Origin: an uncultured Candidatus Rokubacteria bacterium
Lineage (GTDB): Bacteria; Methylomirabilota; Methylomirabilia; Rokubacteriales; CSP1-6
DNA length: 64,000 nt
NCBI GenBank assembly: GCA_963754315.1
Contig: CAVWFS010000015.1
Location: 32,001-96,000, forward strand
Direction: 5' to 3'
The translations under genes were made by a program, and so were the position numbers. The notes beneath the pieces are model-generated. The model did not search any database. It had not been told where the DNA came from and saw nothing but the letters and a program-made list of their open reading frames with translations. Below, one piece after another: positions 41,511 to 55,406 of this stretch. The stretch's first letter is position 1. The number at the start of each line of letters is the position of its first letter.

Positions 41511-42300
41511 CAGGCCTCCTGTAAGTCCTTGCCGAGCCGGCGGCGGCGTCGACCGTGGCCGCCAATGCGCGCGTGAATCTCCAGCAGATGGCGGGAAAGC
41601 TCGCGCTTGGCCGCCGCCGTGTCCCCCCGGCGGAGATGGCCCACGATGCTCCGATGAGCGGCGAGCGTGTGACGCCGCAGCGCGTCGGACACGCCCGTCC
41701 GCCAGACGATCGGCTCCATGAATTCCACCACCGACCGGATGAACAGCGGGTACAGAGCGTTGCCGGTCGCTTCGGCGAGGAGCACGTGGAAGTTGAAATC
41801 CTCCTCGGTCTGCTCCGCGCGCCGGCCATCGGTGAACAGATGCGCTGCGCGCTCGACGGACTCTGCCAGACGCTCCAAGTCCCCGGCACCGGCGCGCAGG
41901 GCCACCGTGTCGATGATGAGCCGTTCGAGCCCCAGCCGCGCCTCGGTGATGTGATCCACGCTCAGCCCGCCGAAGCGCAGGAGGTCGCTGAGAGAACGCG
42001 TCACCGCTCTCGTGGTGCCCGTTCCCACGAACGCGCCGCCGCCCTTCCCGGGGCGAATCCGGATGAGGGCGGATTCCTCGAGAATCCGGAAGGCCTCCCG
42101 CACGGCACCGCGTCCCATGCGGAACTGTCGAACGAGCGCGCGCTCGGGGGGCAGGCGATCGCCGGGTTTGAGACGACCGGAGAGGATGCCCCCCGCACGT
42201 GTTCGACGATTCGCTCGAACACGCGCCGTTCACGCAGCGGAGACAACGCGGTCGCCTTCAGAGGGGCTCTTTCTCCTGATGCGGGCCGCATCGCCCGCAT
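41510..42300 (-). CDS. GntR/FadR family regulator, frameshift in the G-run near 42190; start uncertain
   Basis: RRVFERIVEHVRG plus ILSGRLKPGDRLPPERAL..AVREAFR HTH; FHVLLAEATGN FCD domain. Confidence 0.85.
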
Positions 42301-42411
42301 GATGCCGTGTGGCTCCACGACGTGCCGCGCAGTGTCGTATGGAACCCCACCCCCGTCAAGAGAGGGTCGGAGCGAGAACGCGCGTCGCGCTCTGGCCCCG
42401 GCCCGGGGCTG

Positions 42412-43225
42412 TCAATGGGCCGCCAAAAACTCGAGCAGAAGACCGTTGAACAGCAGGGGCTGATCGTAGGGCGTGGCGTGGCCGGAGTCGGGCACGATGC
42501 GTACCTGCGCGTGGGGGATGCGCACGGCGCAACAACTCGAGCGAGGCACGGGGCACGGTGGTATCGCGCTCGCCCGCCACGAGCAAGGTCGGGCAGCGGA
42601 TCTCGCCCAGGCGATGGCGGATGTCGAAGCGGGTGAGGGCCTGTACGGCCGCCCAGTAGGCCCGCTTGTCGTTGCGCCCCAGGCTTGCTGCCGCCGCTGC
42701 GCGGAGGTCGGCCTGCGCGGGCTGGGGAAACAGATTGCGCGCGATGCGCGCCGCGATGACGGGCATGGGCGCCACGGTGAGCAGGACCAGTCGCTCCAGC
42801 ATTCGCCAGGCGCCGCGCCAGCCGGCGGGGCGAAGGCGAGCAAAGGCGTTGACGAGGGTGAGCGAGCGCACGCGCGTGGGAGCGCCGAGCGCCAGGGCAA
42901 GGGCCACGCAGCCCCCCAGGGAGAGCCCGACCACATGGACGGGACCGTCCCCCAGGCTGTTCAGGAGGCCGTCCACTTCCTCGGCCATCGCCTCCACCGA
43001 TAGCCGCCCGTGGCCAGGCACTGCCCCCGACAGAATCGAGCGGCCGTGGGCGCGAAGGTCAGGAGTGATGACAGCGTAGCGGTCGGAAAAGGCCGCCACC
43101 TGCCACCTCCAGTCGGCCGAGGACGAGCCAAGGCCATGCAGGAGAAGCAGGGGCGGCGCGCCGGGCGGGCCGTGGCGCTCGTGGTAGAGATCATGTCCAC
43201 GCGCGAGGAGTTCCCCCGGAGTCAC
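42412..43225 (-). CDS. Alpha/beta hydrolase, frameshift near 42522
   Basis: LLHGLGSS, GLSLGG; C-terminal IPHAQVRIVPDSGHATPYDQP in a shifted frame. Confidence 0.85.
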
Positions 43226-43301
43226 AGGTCCGCTATGATACGCCCTCGCGATGCACGGAAACGAGCCGACGATGCCGCGTGACGTGGCCACCTTCTGAGG
43301 C

Positions 43302-43802
43302 ATGGCCAGGCAACCGCTGCGCATCCGACGAGGGACCGTCCGCGACGTGCCTACGATCGTGAATCTCATCAGGGGACTCGCGGAGTACGAACGGCTGGGC
43401 CACGAGGCCCTGGCCACCCCGGCCGCCTTGCGTCGACACGGCTTCGGGCGGCGGCCATATTTCGAGACGCTCATCTGCGTACGGGGACGCACACCCATCG
43501 GCTTCGCCCTCTACTTCTTCACGTACTCGACCTTCATGGCCCGGCCGTCGCTCTATCTCGAGGACTTGTTCGTCCTGCCCGAGGAGCGAGGTGGGGGCGC
43601 CGGACGGGCCTTGCTGCGAACCCTGGCCACGATCGCCGTCCGTCGAGGTTGCGGGCGCATGGAGTGGACCGTGCTCGACTGGAACTCGCCCGCCATCGCC
43701 TTCTACGAGAGTCTGGGCGCCCAGTTCAAGCGCGAGTGGATCCTCACCCGGCTCACAGGCGACCCCCTGCAACGCCTCGCGCGGGGTCGGGAGACGGACT
43801 AA
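43302..43802 (+). CDS. GNAT (spermidine/diamine N-acetyltransferase-like)
   Basis: LAEYE, YSTF, LYLEDLFV, MEWTVLDWN. Confidence 0.9.
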   Translation: MARQPLRIRRGTVRDVPTIVNLIRGLAEYERLGHEALATPAALRRHGFGRRPYFETLICVRGRTPIGFALYFFTYSTFMARPSLYLEDLFVLPEERGGGAGRALLRTLATIAVRRGCGRMEWTVLDWNSPAIAFYESLGAQFKREWILTRLTGDPLQRLARGRETD

Positions 43803-43803
43803 T

Positions 43804-45234
43804 ATGGCGGCCATGTCGGGCGCGCGTGTGGACACCCTGGTGGTAGGGGGCCAGATCGTCGGGGCGGCGGAGGTCTTCAGCACAGCCATCGCCATCCGCG
43901 GAGACAAGATCGTGGCACTCGGCCCGGAGAGTCTGCTTCCCGCCGCCGACCGTGTCATCGACGCTACCGGCAAGTACGTGTTGCCCGGCCTCATCGACTG
44001 CCACCTGCACATCGGCCCCGAGTACGACGACTGGCAGACGGCAGCCAAGGCGGCCGCTCTCACGGGGCTGACCACCCTCCTGCCCTTCGTCGTCTACAAC
44101 GATCAGGCGGGAGAAACCCTCCCCCACGCCGTGTGGCGGCTGCGAGAAGAAGCCTCCGCGGCGGCCGTGCTGGACTTCGGCTTTCACTTCATCCTCAACC
44201 ACCAGCCGTACATCCTGGATGGCATCCCGGAGGCCGTCCGGATGGGCGTGACGTCGTTCAAGATGTTCATGACCTACAAGAAGCGGCCGCACCGCATGGT
44301 CAGCGATGAGTTCATGGCCAAGGCCATGGAGATCATCGGCAGCCTCGGCGCCCTGTGCCAGCTGCATTGCGAGAACGGCGACGTGCTGTGTTACCTCGAA
44401 GACCGCGCCATCGCGGCTGGCCACACCCATCCGCGTGACTTTCCTCCCACGTGTCCCGACTGGACCGAAGAGGAGGCCATCAATCGCGCCATCCTCGTTG
44501 GCGGCCTCACCCGTTGTCCCCTCTACGTGGTCCACCTCAGCACGAAGCTGGGGCTGGAGCGGATCAAGCGGGCTCAGCTCGAGGGGCAACGCGTATGGAC
44601 CGAGACGTGTCCTCAATACCTCCTGTTGAGCGACGAAGCGATGGAGCGCTTCGGCCCCTTCGCCAAGATCGGCCCTCCGCTGCGACCAGAGCACGGCCCC
44701 GATCGTGAAGCCCTCTGGCGCGGGAGTGAAGAGGGGTTCATCGCCACCGTGGCCAGCGATCACTCGCCGCGGGTGCCGAGCGCCAAGGAACCGGGGTGGA
44801 AAAACATCTTCGTCGACGCCGAAGGCAAACCGATCCCCTTCGGAGGACCCTCCCTGGAAACCCTTGTCCCTCTCATGTATAGCGAGGGGGTGGTGAAGCG
44901 CGGGCTGCCCATCACCTGGCTGGCGCGCGTGATGGCCGAGAATCCGGCGCGGATCTTCGGGCTCTACCCACGCAAGGGCACCATCCGGGTCGGTGCCGAC
45001 GCGGACCTCACCATCTGGGATCCCGAGGGCGAAACGACGATCCAGGCGGCTCGGCATCTCGGCATCGCGGGGTTCACGCCATACGAAGGGTGGACGGTGC
45101 AAGGCCGACCCTGGATGACGTTGCTGCGCGGGCAGACCTTGCTGAGCGAGGGACGCCTCCGGCAAGAGCCGGGTTACGGCCGCTACCTGTCGCGGACCTC
45201 GCCGAGGCCGCCGGTAGCCGGCGCCGTTCGCTGA
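43804..45234 (+). CDS. Dihydropyrimidinase/allantoinase-like amidohydrolase
   Basis: PGLIDCHLH, SFKMFM, HCENG, ETCPQYL, SDHSP. Confidence 0.87.
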   Translation: MAAMSGARVDTLVVGGQIVGAAEVFSTAIAIRGDKIVALGPESLLPAADRVIDATGKYVLPGLIDCHLHIGPEYDDWQTAAKAAALTGLTTLLPFVVYNDQAGETLPHAVWRLREEASAAAVLDFGFHFILNHQPYILDGIPEAVRMGVTSFKMFMTYKKRPHRMVSDEFMAKAMEIIGSLGALCQLHCENGDVLCYLEDRAIAAGHTHPRDFPPTCPDWTEEEAINRAILVGGLTRCPLYVVHLSTKLGLERIKRAQLEGQRVWTETCPQYLLLSDEAMERFGPFAKIGPPLRPEHGPDREALWRGSEEGFIATVASDHSPRVPSAKEPGWKNIFVDAEGKPIPFGGPSLETLVPLMYSEGVVKRGLPITWLARVMAENPARIFGLYPRKGTIRVGADADLTIWDPEGETTIQAARHLGIAGFTPYEGWTVQGRPWMTLLRGQTLLSEGRLRQEPGYGRYLSRTSPRPPVAGAVR

Positions 45235-45276
45235 AGCCCCAGTTCCCGAAAACGCACGGGATGACCAGGAGGAGCC

Positions 45277-48093
45277 GTGGAGGACAGGGAATTCCACACC
45301 AGATCGTTCGACGAGGTATCCAGAGAACTCGGGTCGAACCTCGAGCGGGGGCTGAGTCAGGGGGAAGCTCAGGAACGGTTGCGGAGGTTTGGCGCCAATG
45401 AGCTGACGGAGCGCCCGCGGCCGGGCTTCCTCGCCCTGCTCTGGGATCAATTCAACAACTATCTGGTCATCTTGCTGATCGCGGCGGCGGTCGTCGCCCT
45501 TCTGCTCGGGGAGTACGTCGACTCCATCGCCATCATGTGCATCGTCGTGCTCAACGCGGTCATCGGGGTCATTCAGGAATCGAAGGCGGAACAGGCCCTG
45601 ACCGCGCTCAAGAAGATGGCGGCCCCCAACGCCCAGGTCATCCGCGACGGCCACCAGCTCACCATTCCCGCCCGGGAACTGGTGCCAGGCGATGTCGTCC
45701 TCCTGGAGGCCGGTAACTACGTGCCGGCCGACATGCGCCTGGTGTCGAGCGTGAATCTAAAAATCGAAGAGGCGTCGCTCACGGGGGAATCGGTACCAGT
45801 GGAGAAGGACGCTCGGCTGGTGCTCGAGCGCGAGATCCCGCTGGGCGATCGTCGCAACTTCGCCTTCCTGAGCACCTTGATCACCTACGGGCGCGGCAAG
45901 GGACTGGTGACGGGCACCGGCATGAACACCCAGCTCGGGCTCATCGCCGAGATGATCCAGTCGTACGAGGAAGAGGATACGCCGCTGCAGCAGAAGCTGG
46001 AGCACCTTGGCAAGGTGCTGGGGACGATCTGCATCGGTATCTGCGCGGTCGTCTTCGTCTATGGGCTCCTGCGCGACACCCACCTCACGGACGTCTTCAA
46101 GACCGGGCTGCTCAACTACCTGGCTGCCGAACAGAAGGACATCATCCATCTCTTCATGGTGGCGGTGAGCCTCGCCATCGCCGCCGTCCCCGAAGGGCTT
46201 CCGGCCATCGTGACCATCTGCCTGGCCCTGGGCATGCAGCAGATGATCAAACGAAACGCCCTCATTCGGAAGCTCCCCGCCGTGGAAACGCTCGGCTGCG
46301 CCACGGTGGTGTGTTCCGACAAGACGGGCACACTGACCCAGAACGAGATGACCGTCGTGCAGGGATGGGCCGGAGGCAAGCGCCTCCGGATCACCGGCGA
46401 AGGCTATAGTCCGCACGGGCAGTTCCTGCTGGGCGGTCAGCCCTTCGATCCCCGTATGGACCCGGACACAACGGTACTGCTGCACGGGGGACTCCTCTGC
46501 AACGACGCGAAACTGGAGGAACGCGGCGATGCCGCCGGCGCCCACTCCTGGCACATGGTGGGAGATCCCACCGAAGGGGCCATGGTGGTGGCGGCCGCCA
46601 AGAGCGGATTCCGGCGAGACGACATGGAGCGGGCCCTTCCCCGAGTGCAGGAAATCCCCTTCGATTCGGATCGAAAGCGGATGACCACCATCCATCGCGG
46701 TGATGGCGCCGGCAACGGGCCGCCCGACTCGTCCTTCACCTACCCGCACCTGGTGGCCTTCGTCAAGGGTGCGCCCGACATCATTCTGGACCTGTGCCAC
46801 CGCATCCAGCGTGGCGGGCAGGCCGTCCCCCTCACGGAGGAGCATCGCCGGGAGGTGCTGGAACAGAACCATGACATGGCCAGCAGCGCGCTGCGGGTCT
46901 TGGGGGTCGCCTATCGGTCGCTGCCGGCAGTCCCGGACCGCGTACAACCCGAAGACATCGAGACCGACCTCACCTTCGTCGGCCTGCTCGGCATGATCGA
47001 CCCGCCCCGGCCGGAGGTGGTCGAGGCCGTTCGCGTGGCGCGGGGAGCCGGACTCAAGAGCGTCATGGTGACCGGCGATTACAAGGAAACCGCCGAGGCC
47101 ATCGCCCGCGAGATCGGCTTGCGGACCCCGGACGGAGTGGTGCTGACCGGCCCCGAGATCGAGAGGCTGAGCGACGCAGACCTGGCTGCCCGCGCCGACA
47201 AGCTGGACGTGTGCTGCCGGGTCTCGCCCCAGCACAAGACCAGGATCGTCGAGGCCCTGAAGGCGCGCGACCACGTGGTCGCCATGACGGGCGACGGCGT
47301 GAACGACGCGCCCGCCCTGAAGCGCGCAAACATCGGGGTGGCCATGGGCATCACGGGGACGGACGTCACCAAGCAGACGGCCGACATGGTCCTCACCGAC
47401 GACAATTTCGCGAGCATCGTGGCCGCCATCGAGCAGGGGCGGATCATCTACTCCAACATCCGCAAGTTCGTCTATTTCCTGCTCGCCTGCAATGCCGGGG
47501 AGGTCCTCATCATCTTCGGGGCCATGCTGGCCGGGCTTCCCATTCCCCTGCGACCGGTCCAGCTCCTGTGGCTGAACCTCGTGAGTGACGGGGCGCCCGC
47601 CCTCGCTCTCGGCATGGAGCGGGGCGATCCCGATATCATGCGGCATCCGCCGCGCCCCCCGAAGGAACCGGTCATCAATCGCGACATGGCCATCGGCATC
47701 AGCGTGGTCGCGATCGTCGACGCCATCGCCATCCTGTCCGTGTTCTGGATCGGCTTGCAGCGTTACCCCGGCCACCTCGAGGCCGCCCAGACCTTGGCCT
47801 TCGTCACCCTGTGCACCTCCGAGCTGATCCGGGCCTTCGCCGCGCGCTCCGAATACCACAGCGTGCTCTCCATCGGCCTCTTCTCGAACCGGTGGATGAT
47901 CTGGGCGGTAGGCTTTTCGTTTGCGCTGGTTCTCCTCGTCGTCTACGTGCCGTTCCTGCAGCCGTTCTTCGACACGGTGCCGCTCAGCCTGAATGACTGG
48001 CTCTTCATGCTTCCCTTCTTCTTCGCGTCGCCCGTCGCCATGGAGCTGGTCAAGGTCTACTTCCGCCGCCGGGCCGTCCCGGTCCCGGCCTAG
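45277..48093 (+). CDS. Cation-transporting P-type ATPase (type IIA, Ca2+-like)
   Basis: TGES, PEGL, DKTGT, KGAP, TGDGVND. Confidence 0.95.
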   Translation: MEDREFHTRSFDEVSRELGSNLERGLSQGEAQERLRRFGANELTERPRPGFLALLWDQFNNYLVILLIAAAVVALLLGEYVDSIAIMCIVVLNAVIGVIQESKAEQALTALKKMAAPNAQVIRDGHQLTIPARELVPGDVVLLEAGNYVPADMRLVSSVNLKIEEASLTGESVPVEKDARLVLEREIPLGDRRNFAFLSTLITYGRGKGLVTGTGMNTQLGLIAEMIQSYEEEDTPLQQKLEHLGKVLGTICIGICAVVFVYGLLRDTHLTDVFKTGLLNYLAAEQKDIIHLFMVAVSLAIAAVPEGLPAIVTICLALGMQQMIKRNALIRKLPAVETLGCATVVCSDKTGTLTQNEMTVVQGWAGGKRLRITGEGYSPHGQFLLGGQPFDPRMDPDTTVLLHGGLLCNDAKLEERGDAAGAHSWHMVGDPTEGAMVVAAAKSGFRRDDMERALPRVQEIPFDSDRKRMTTIHRGDGAGNGPPDSSFTYPHLVAFVKGAPDIILDLCHRIQRGGQAVPLTEEHRREVLEQNHDMASSALRVLGVAYRSLPAVPDRVQPEDIETDLTFVGLLGMIDPPRPEVVEAVRVARGAGLKSVMVTGDYKETAEAIAREIGLRTPDGVVLTGPEIERLSDADLAARADKLDVCCRVSPQHKTRIVEALKARDHVVAMTGDGVNDAPALKRANIGVAMGITGTDVTKQTADMVLTDDNFASIVAAIEQGRIIYSNIRKFVYFLLACNAGEVLIIFGAMLAGLPIPLRPVQLLWLNLVSDGAPALALGMERGDPDIMRHPPRPPKEPVINRDMAIGISVVAIVDAIAILSVFWIGLQRYPGHLEAAQTLAFVTLCTSELIRAFAARSEYHSVLSIGLFSNRWMIWAVGFSFALVLLVVYVPFLQPFFDTVPLSLNDWLFMLPFFFASPVAMELVKVYFRRRAVPVPA

Positions 48094-48197
48094 ATCGATG
48101 GAGATTTCACGCTCTGGTGACATCCAAACGTGGCCGGTAAACGTATGATGGGCAGCGGGTAGATCGCACCCGACCCTCGACTCGAGGAGGCAATAGC

Positions 48198-48992
48198 ATG
48201 AAGGGCACTGTGCGGCAGCTGGCGCTCGTTCCGGTCCTCGGCCTCACCCTCTCGGTGCTCGTGGTGCCAAGTGGCGCCGGCCCCGACAAAGTCAAGTACC
48301 CGGCCGCCTGGAAGGACCACGTGCTCTACACGATCGTGGATCGCCATGACGTCAAGCAGTATCGGGAGCTCTACGCCAGCTCTCAGGCCGCGGTGGACGC
48401 CATGAAGGCGGGCACGCCCCTACCGGACGGCACCGTGCTGACCCTCGTTCAGTACAAGGCCCAGGTGGACGGAGCGGGAATGCCCGTGAAGGGTCCTGAC
48501 GGGCGTTTCGTCAAGGGTGACCAGATCGCGGTGGCCGTCATGGAGAAGCGCGCCGGCTTCGGGACGGAATATCCACCGGAGTTGCGCAACGGCGACTGGG
48601 AATACGCCGCATTCAACCCAGCCGGCGTGCTGAACGAAAAGGCCAACTACAAAGGCTGCTTCGAGTGCCACAAGCCCCACGAGAAACAGGACTTCGTCAT
48701 CTCGCTGGCCGCGCTCAGGGGGATGGCCGGCCCCACCACCGCCCCCAAGCCTGACGTCACCATCGCGGCCTTCGCCTTCGGGCCGAACAAGGTGGCCGGG
48801 ACGGTTGGCCAGCCGGTCACCTGGGTGAACAATGACGATTCGCCCCATCAGATCACCATCGTCAGCACCAAGGAGCGCTCGCCGATCCTGACCAAGGGGC
48901 AGAGCGCCGTGATGGCCTTCACGAGCCCCGGCACGTTCGAGTACATCTGCGGCCTGCATCCGACGATGAAGGGTACGGTGGACGTGAAGTAG
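48198..48992 (+). CDS. Cytochrome P460/c'-beta family domain fused to a C-terminal cupredoxin
   Basis: Signal peptide; PDGTVL, VMEK, GDWEY, CFECH; then NNDDSPH and YICGLHPTM. Confidence 0.85.
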   Translation: MKGTVRQLALVPVLGLTLSVLVVPSGAGPDKVKYPAAWKDHVLYTIVDRHDVKQYRELYASSQAAVDAMKAGTPLPDGTVLTLVQYKAQVDGAGMPVKGPDGRFVKGDQIAVAVMEKRAGFGTEYPPELRNGDWEYAAFNPAGVLNEKANYKGCFECHKPHEKQDFVISLAALRGMAGPTTAPKPDVTIAAFAFGPNKVAGTVGQPVTWVNNDDSPHQITIVSTKERSPILTKGQSAVMAFTSPGTFEYICGLHPTMKGTVDVK

Positions 48993-49040
48993 CGGCCGGG
49001 CCTCGGACGACGCGAGGGCGGAAGGCGTATACTTCAGGCT

Positions 49041-49451
49041 ATGGCGGGTTGGCAATTCGTCGCTCTGGTCGTGGCCGTCCTGGGTGCGGGGTGCACGGCC
49101 ACGGCCGCCCAGCAACAGCAGCAGCTCGGCTCGGCAGCGGCACGCGAGATGACGCTCGGCATCGTCCAGAAGCAAATCCGGGCCGGGCTCATGCAGGACG
49201 AGGTCGTCACCGCCCTCGGCTCACCGAACATCGTCACGCGCGACGCGGCCGGCCGCGAAACGTGGGTGTACGACAAGGTGGCCACCGAGGCCACCTTCTC
49301 CCGTAGCGACGCCTACGGGACTATCCTCCTTCTCGGGACCAGCAGCGCGGCGGGGGCGGCCAGCCAGAGCCAGCGCACCTTGACGGTGGTCATCAAGTTT
49401 GGCGCTAACCAGCAGGTCGAAACGTTCTCCTATCACGCCAGCCGCTTCTGA
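49041..49451 (+). CDS. Lipoprotein, BamE/SmpA-like
   Basis: LGAGC lipobox-like; GLMQDEVVTALGSP, ETWVY. Confidence 0.7.
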   Translation: MAGWQFVALVVAVLGAGCTATAAQQQQQLGSAAAREMTLGIVQKQIRAGLMQDEVVTALGSPNIVTRDAAGRETWVYDKVATEATFSRSDAYGTILLLGTSSAAGAASQSQRTLTVVIKFGANQQVETFSYHASRF

Positions 49452-49460
49452 GGGGCGTCC

Positions 49461-49988
49461 ATGCGGACGGCTCGTCGCCTCTTCCCTCTCCTCGTAGCGG
49501 CCACCCTCGGCGCCGGCTGCGGGGCGGGCATCCAGCCCGCGCGGACGCAGCTCGAGGTACGCGAGTTTCAGACCTACACGTTCGATACCTCGGACAGCAA
49601 GCTCATCATGAAAGGCCTGTTCAACGTCCTCCAGGACGACGGCTACGTGGTGCGCAACGCGGTCATCGAGCTCGGGCTGATCACGGCCACCAAGGAGATC
49701 GACCTGGCCCCGGGTCGCTCGGGGCAGACCGTGCTCGCCGTGGGCGGCGGTGTCATTCTCCGGGGCGCCCGCGAGATACCCATTCCCGAGAAGCTCGAGG
49801 TGCGCGATTTCACCGGCAACGTGACCGAGTTCGGCGAGCGCACGAAGGTCCGTGTCAGCTTCCAGAAGAAGGTGCTCGACAGCCGCGGTCAGCCTGTCGA
49901 GGTCACCGCCATCAACGATCCCGTCTTCTACCAGGACTTCTTCTCGCGTCTGGACAAGAGCGTCTATCTGCAGCGGGAACGTCTCTAG
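49461..49988 (+). CDS. Hypothetical lipoprotein
   Basis: LGAGC lipobox-like; 9 nt downstream of the previous gene. Confidence 0.7.
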   Translation: MRTARRLFPLLVAATLGAGCGAGIQPARTQLEVREFQTYTFDTSDSKLIMKGLFNVLQDDGYVVRNAVIELGLITATKEIDLAPGRSGQTVLAVGGGVILRGAREIPIPEKLEVRDFTGNVTEFGERTKVRVSFQKKVLDSRGQPVEVTAINDPVFYQDFFSRLDKSVYLQRERL

Positions 49989-49999
49989 GGGGGACGCGG

Positions 50000-50370
50000 T
50001 CACTCGACGGTCGGGCCGGCCTTGCGACTAGTCACCTCGTAGACCCTCATCGGCTGGGCCTTACCCCGCAGTGACGTCTGGGGCATGAGCCGACACTCGA
50101 ACTCGCCACCAACCTCGGCGTAGGTCGCCTCCGTGATGAGAACGGTGGTGCCGAGCTCCTTGTTGAGCGATTCCACCCGGGCACACGTGTTCACGCCGTC
50201 GCCGATGACCGTGTATTCCAGCCGCCGGCGGGAGCCAATGCCACCGCCACCATCAGAACGAGCAAGAAGCCGTGGCGGACCCGGCCGAACAGACGCGCCC
50301 GCACGATCGCGATGAAGCAGACAATGCCAAGCCCGACCGCGAGGAACATCGCGACGTGGGAGTGCCCCAT
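50000..50370 (-). pseudogene. Internally deleted class III adenylate/guanylate cyclase remnant
   Basis: GIGSRRRLEYTVIGDGVNTCARVESLNK C-terminus preceded out of frame by a two-TM N-terminus MGHSHVAMFLAVGLGIVCF. Confidence 0.75.
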
Positions 50371-50479
50371 GGGCGCCCCGAGTAGACACCACCTGCCAGC
50401 GCCCGTGCAACTCGCGGCTTGGGGACGCCCTTCAGCGTTCTCGGCGACAATGTGCTAGACAATGGCGTCGGAGGAGCCC

Positions 50480-50979
50480 ATGCGCCTGCCTACCACGGCA
50501 CCGACGGTCGAGCATGAAATCGACGGCAGCACCATCGAATACTTCGAGGTCGCGGTGGAGGGAAATCGGGTCGAGCGGCTGATGGTGGAGCTGCTCACGG
50601 AACACTGGGCCCAGCTGACCGTCGGCCCGCTCATCCAGGGCGCCGTGTTCGAGATTCGCTTTCCCCACGCGCCGCGGCTTTCGATGCTCGACGGCTACTT
50701 GACGGTCGATCTCGGGCCCTGGCACTTCCACCTGTGCGTGAACGACCATCGTGAGACGACCCCGCAGGCGGCCCTCATCCGACGGGTCGGCCGAGCCGCT
50801 TTCTTCCGGACGCAGGGCGGTGGCCACACCCCCATGACGTGGGGGCTACGCCTCTGGAACGGACGCGGCGAGCAGATGGTCACCGTCCTCTTTCCGAGCC
50901 CTTACTACAACGAGCGGTTCGAGCGGCTGGCTCACCCGGACTGGGACAAGCTCCAGCTCTGGGAGGCGCTACGCACCCG

Positions 50980-50989
<10 letters not shown>
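50480..50989 (+). CDS. Hypothetical protein
   Basis: GGAGGAG before ATG 50480; WHFHLC and [18 protein letters not shown] motifs. Confidence 0.75.
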
Positions 50990-53663
<2,674 letters not shown>

Positions 53664-53667
<4 letters not shown>

Positions 53668-55185
53668 GCGGGGTTCCACCACGCTCGGCCCTCGCGCTGG
53701 AGAAGGGCATCGGCGGCCGCGCGGACCATAGGAGCCGGCCGCATAGTTGGGAAAGTCGCGGGGCGGGATCGTCTGCCATACGTCGAGCATGGGCGTGGCG
53801 ATCCGCCACGCGGCCTCCACCATATCGGCGCGATGGAACAGCGTGCCGTCGCCGATCATGCTGTCGTAGAGCAGCCGCTCGTAGCCCGTCGCCGCGCTCG
53901 TCTCCCCGAAATCCCTGTAGTTGAAGGCAAGCTTGACCGTGGTGAGCTTGACCACCGGACCAGGCGCCTTGGCCTTCACCAGGAACTCGATGCCCTCGTC
54001 GGGCTGGATCTGGATCAGGAGCCGGTTCGGATCGATGGTGTCGACGGTGGCCCCCTCGAAGAGGAGCAGGGGCGGGCGCCGGAACTGAATCATGATCTCC
54101 GTGTCGCGGCGAGCGAGCCGCTTGCCTGAGCGGAGATAGAACGGCACGCCGGCCCATCGCCAGTTCTCCACCAGTAGCTTGACAGCCGCGTACGTCTCTG
54201 TGTTGGAGGTGGGGGAGACCTTGGGCTCGTTGCGATAGGCCCGAGCGCGCTCACCATCGACCTCACCCTCGCCATACTGGCCGCGCACGGTGTCTCGCAA
54301 GACCTGCTCGGGGCTCATGGGCCGGATGGACTTGAGGACCTTGACCTTCTCGTCGCGGACGGCGTCCGCCTCGAAGGAGGCGGGCGGCTCCATGGCCACC
54401 AGGGCGAGGAGCTGGAACATATGATTCTGGATCATGTCCCGCAGCACACCCGCCGTGTCGTAGTAGTTCCCCCGATCCTCCGCCCCGACCGTCTCCGCCA
54501 CCTTGATCTGGACGTGGTCGATGTATCGGCGGTTCCAGATGGGCTCGAAGAGGCCATTGGCGAAGCGAAAGACCATGATGTTCTGCACGGTCTCCTTGCC
54601 GAGGTAATGATCGATGCGATAGATCTGGTCCTCCCTCAACACACTTGCGATCTCGGAATTGAGGGCGCGTGCGGAGTCGAGGTCGCGCCCGAACGGCTTC
54701 TCGATGATCACCCGTCGCCACACGCCGGGATCTTCGCGCACCAGACCCGCGGCGCCGAGGTGGCGCACGACCTCGCCGAAGAAGCTCGGCGGCACTGCCA
54801 AGTAGAAGAGAACGTTGCCGCCCGTGCCGTGGGTTCGTGCCACCTCGGTCAGCAAGGTGGCCAGCTGCCGGTACGTCTCGGGGTCGGTGAACTCGCCCGC
54901 CTGGTAGTACAAGGCATCACGCAATTCCTTCCACAGCGCGTCGTCCACGCGCACGGTGGCGAAGTCACGGATATCCTGGGACTGTTCCTCGCGAAACTGC
55001 TCATGGCTCTTTGGCTTGCGGGTGACCCCCACCACGGCCAGCTGATGAGGCAAGAGACCGTTGGCTTTGAGGTTGTAGAGAGCCGGCATCAATTTCCGCT
55101 TGGTGAGGTCGCCGGCCGCGCCGAAGATGACGATCGTACAGGGGCGGGCCGGTCTGAGGAGCCCGGACATCGTGTTCTCGGTCAT
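53664..55185 (-). CDS. zwf: Glucose-6-phosphate 1-dehydrogenase, frameshift near 53722
   Basis: [21 protein letters not shown]; the shifted frame gives a canonical end [18 protein letters not shown]. Confidence 0.93.
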
Positions 55186-55406
55186 GGTGCTCGTCCTCCC
55201 TCCCGGAGCGTACCGGAAATCGATCTCAAGCGTCTGACCACCGGTGCATCGTGTCGGTTGCCTCGCATGCGGGCAGGACGGGGTGACAGGTACGCCAGAC
55301 AGACACGCCGCTCGGGTGATCGATGCACGGTGGGAGAACGGAAGGACACGCAGCCGACGACACGCGGGGGGGAGAATCCACGCGCCGCCGGCTGCGCCGG
55401 GGCGGG

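Noticed and set aside
42189..42194. Programmed frameshift or phase variation in the FadR regulator G-run
   Set aside because: The run is only six bases and cannot be distinguished from the window-wide indel errors without reads.
45757..48123. Long antisense ORFs (788 aa here; also 43753-45654, 57052-58614, 7428-8732, 19062-20684)
   Set aside because: They are shadow ORFs opposite well-supported genes, expected in high-GC DNA, and carry no motifs.
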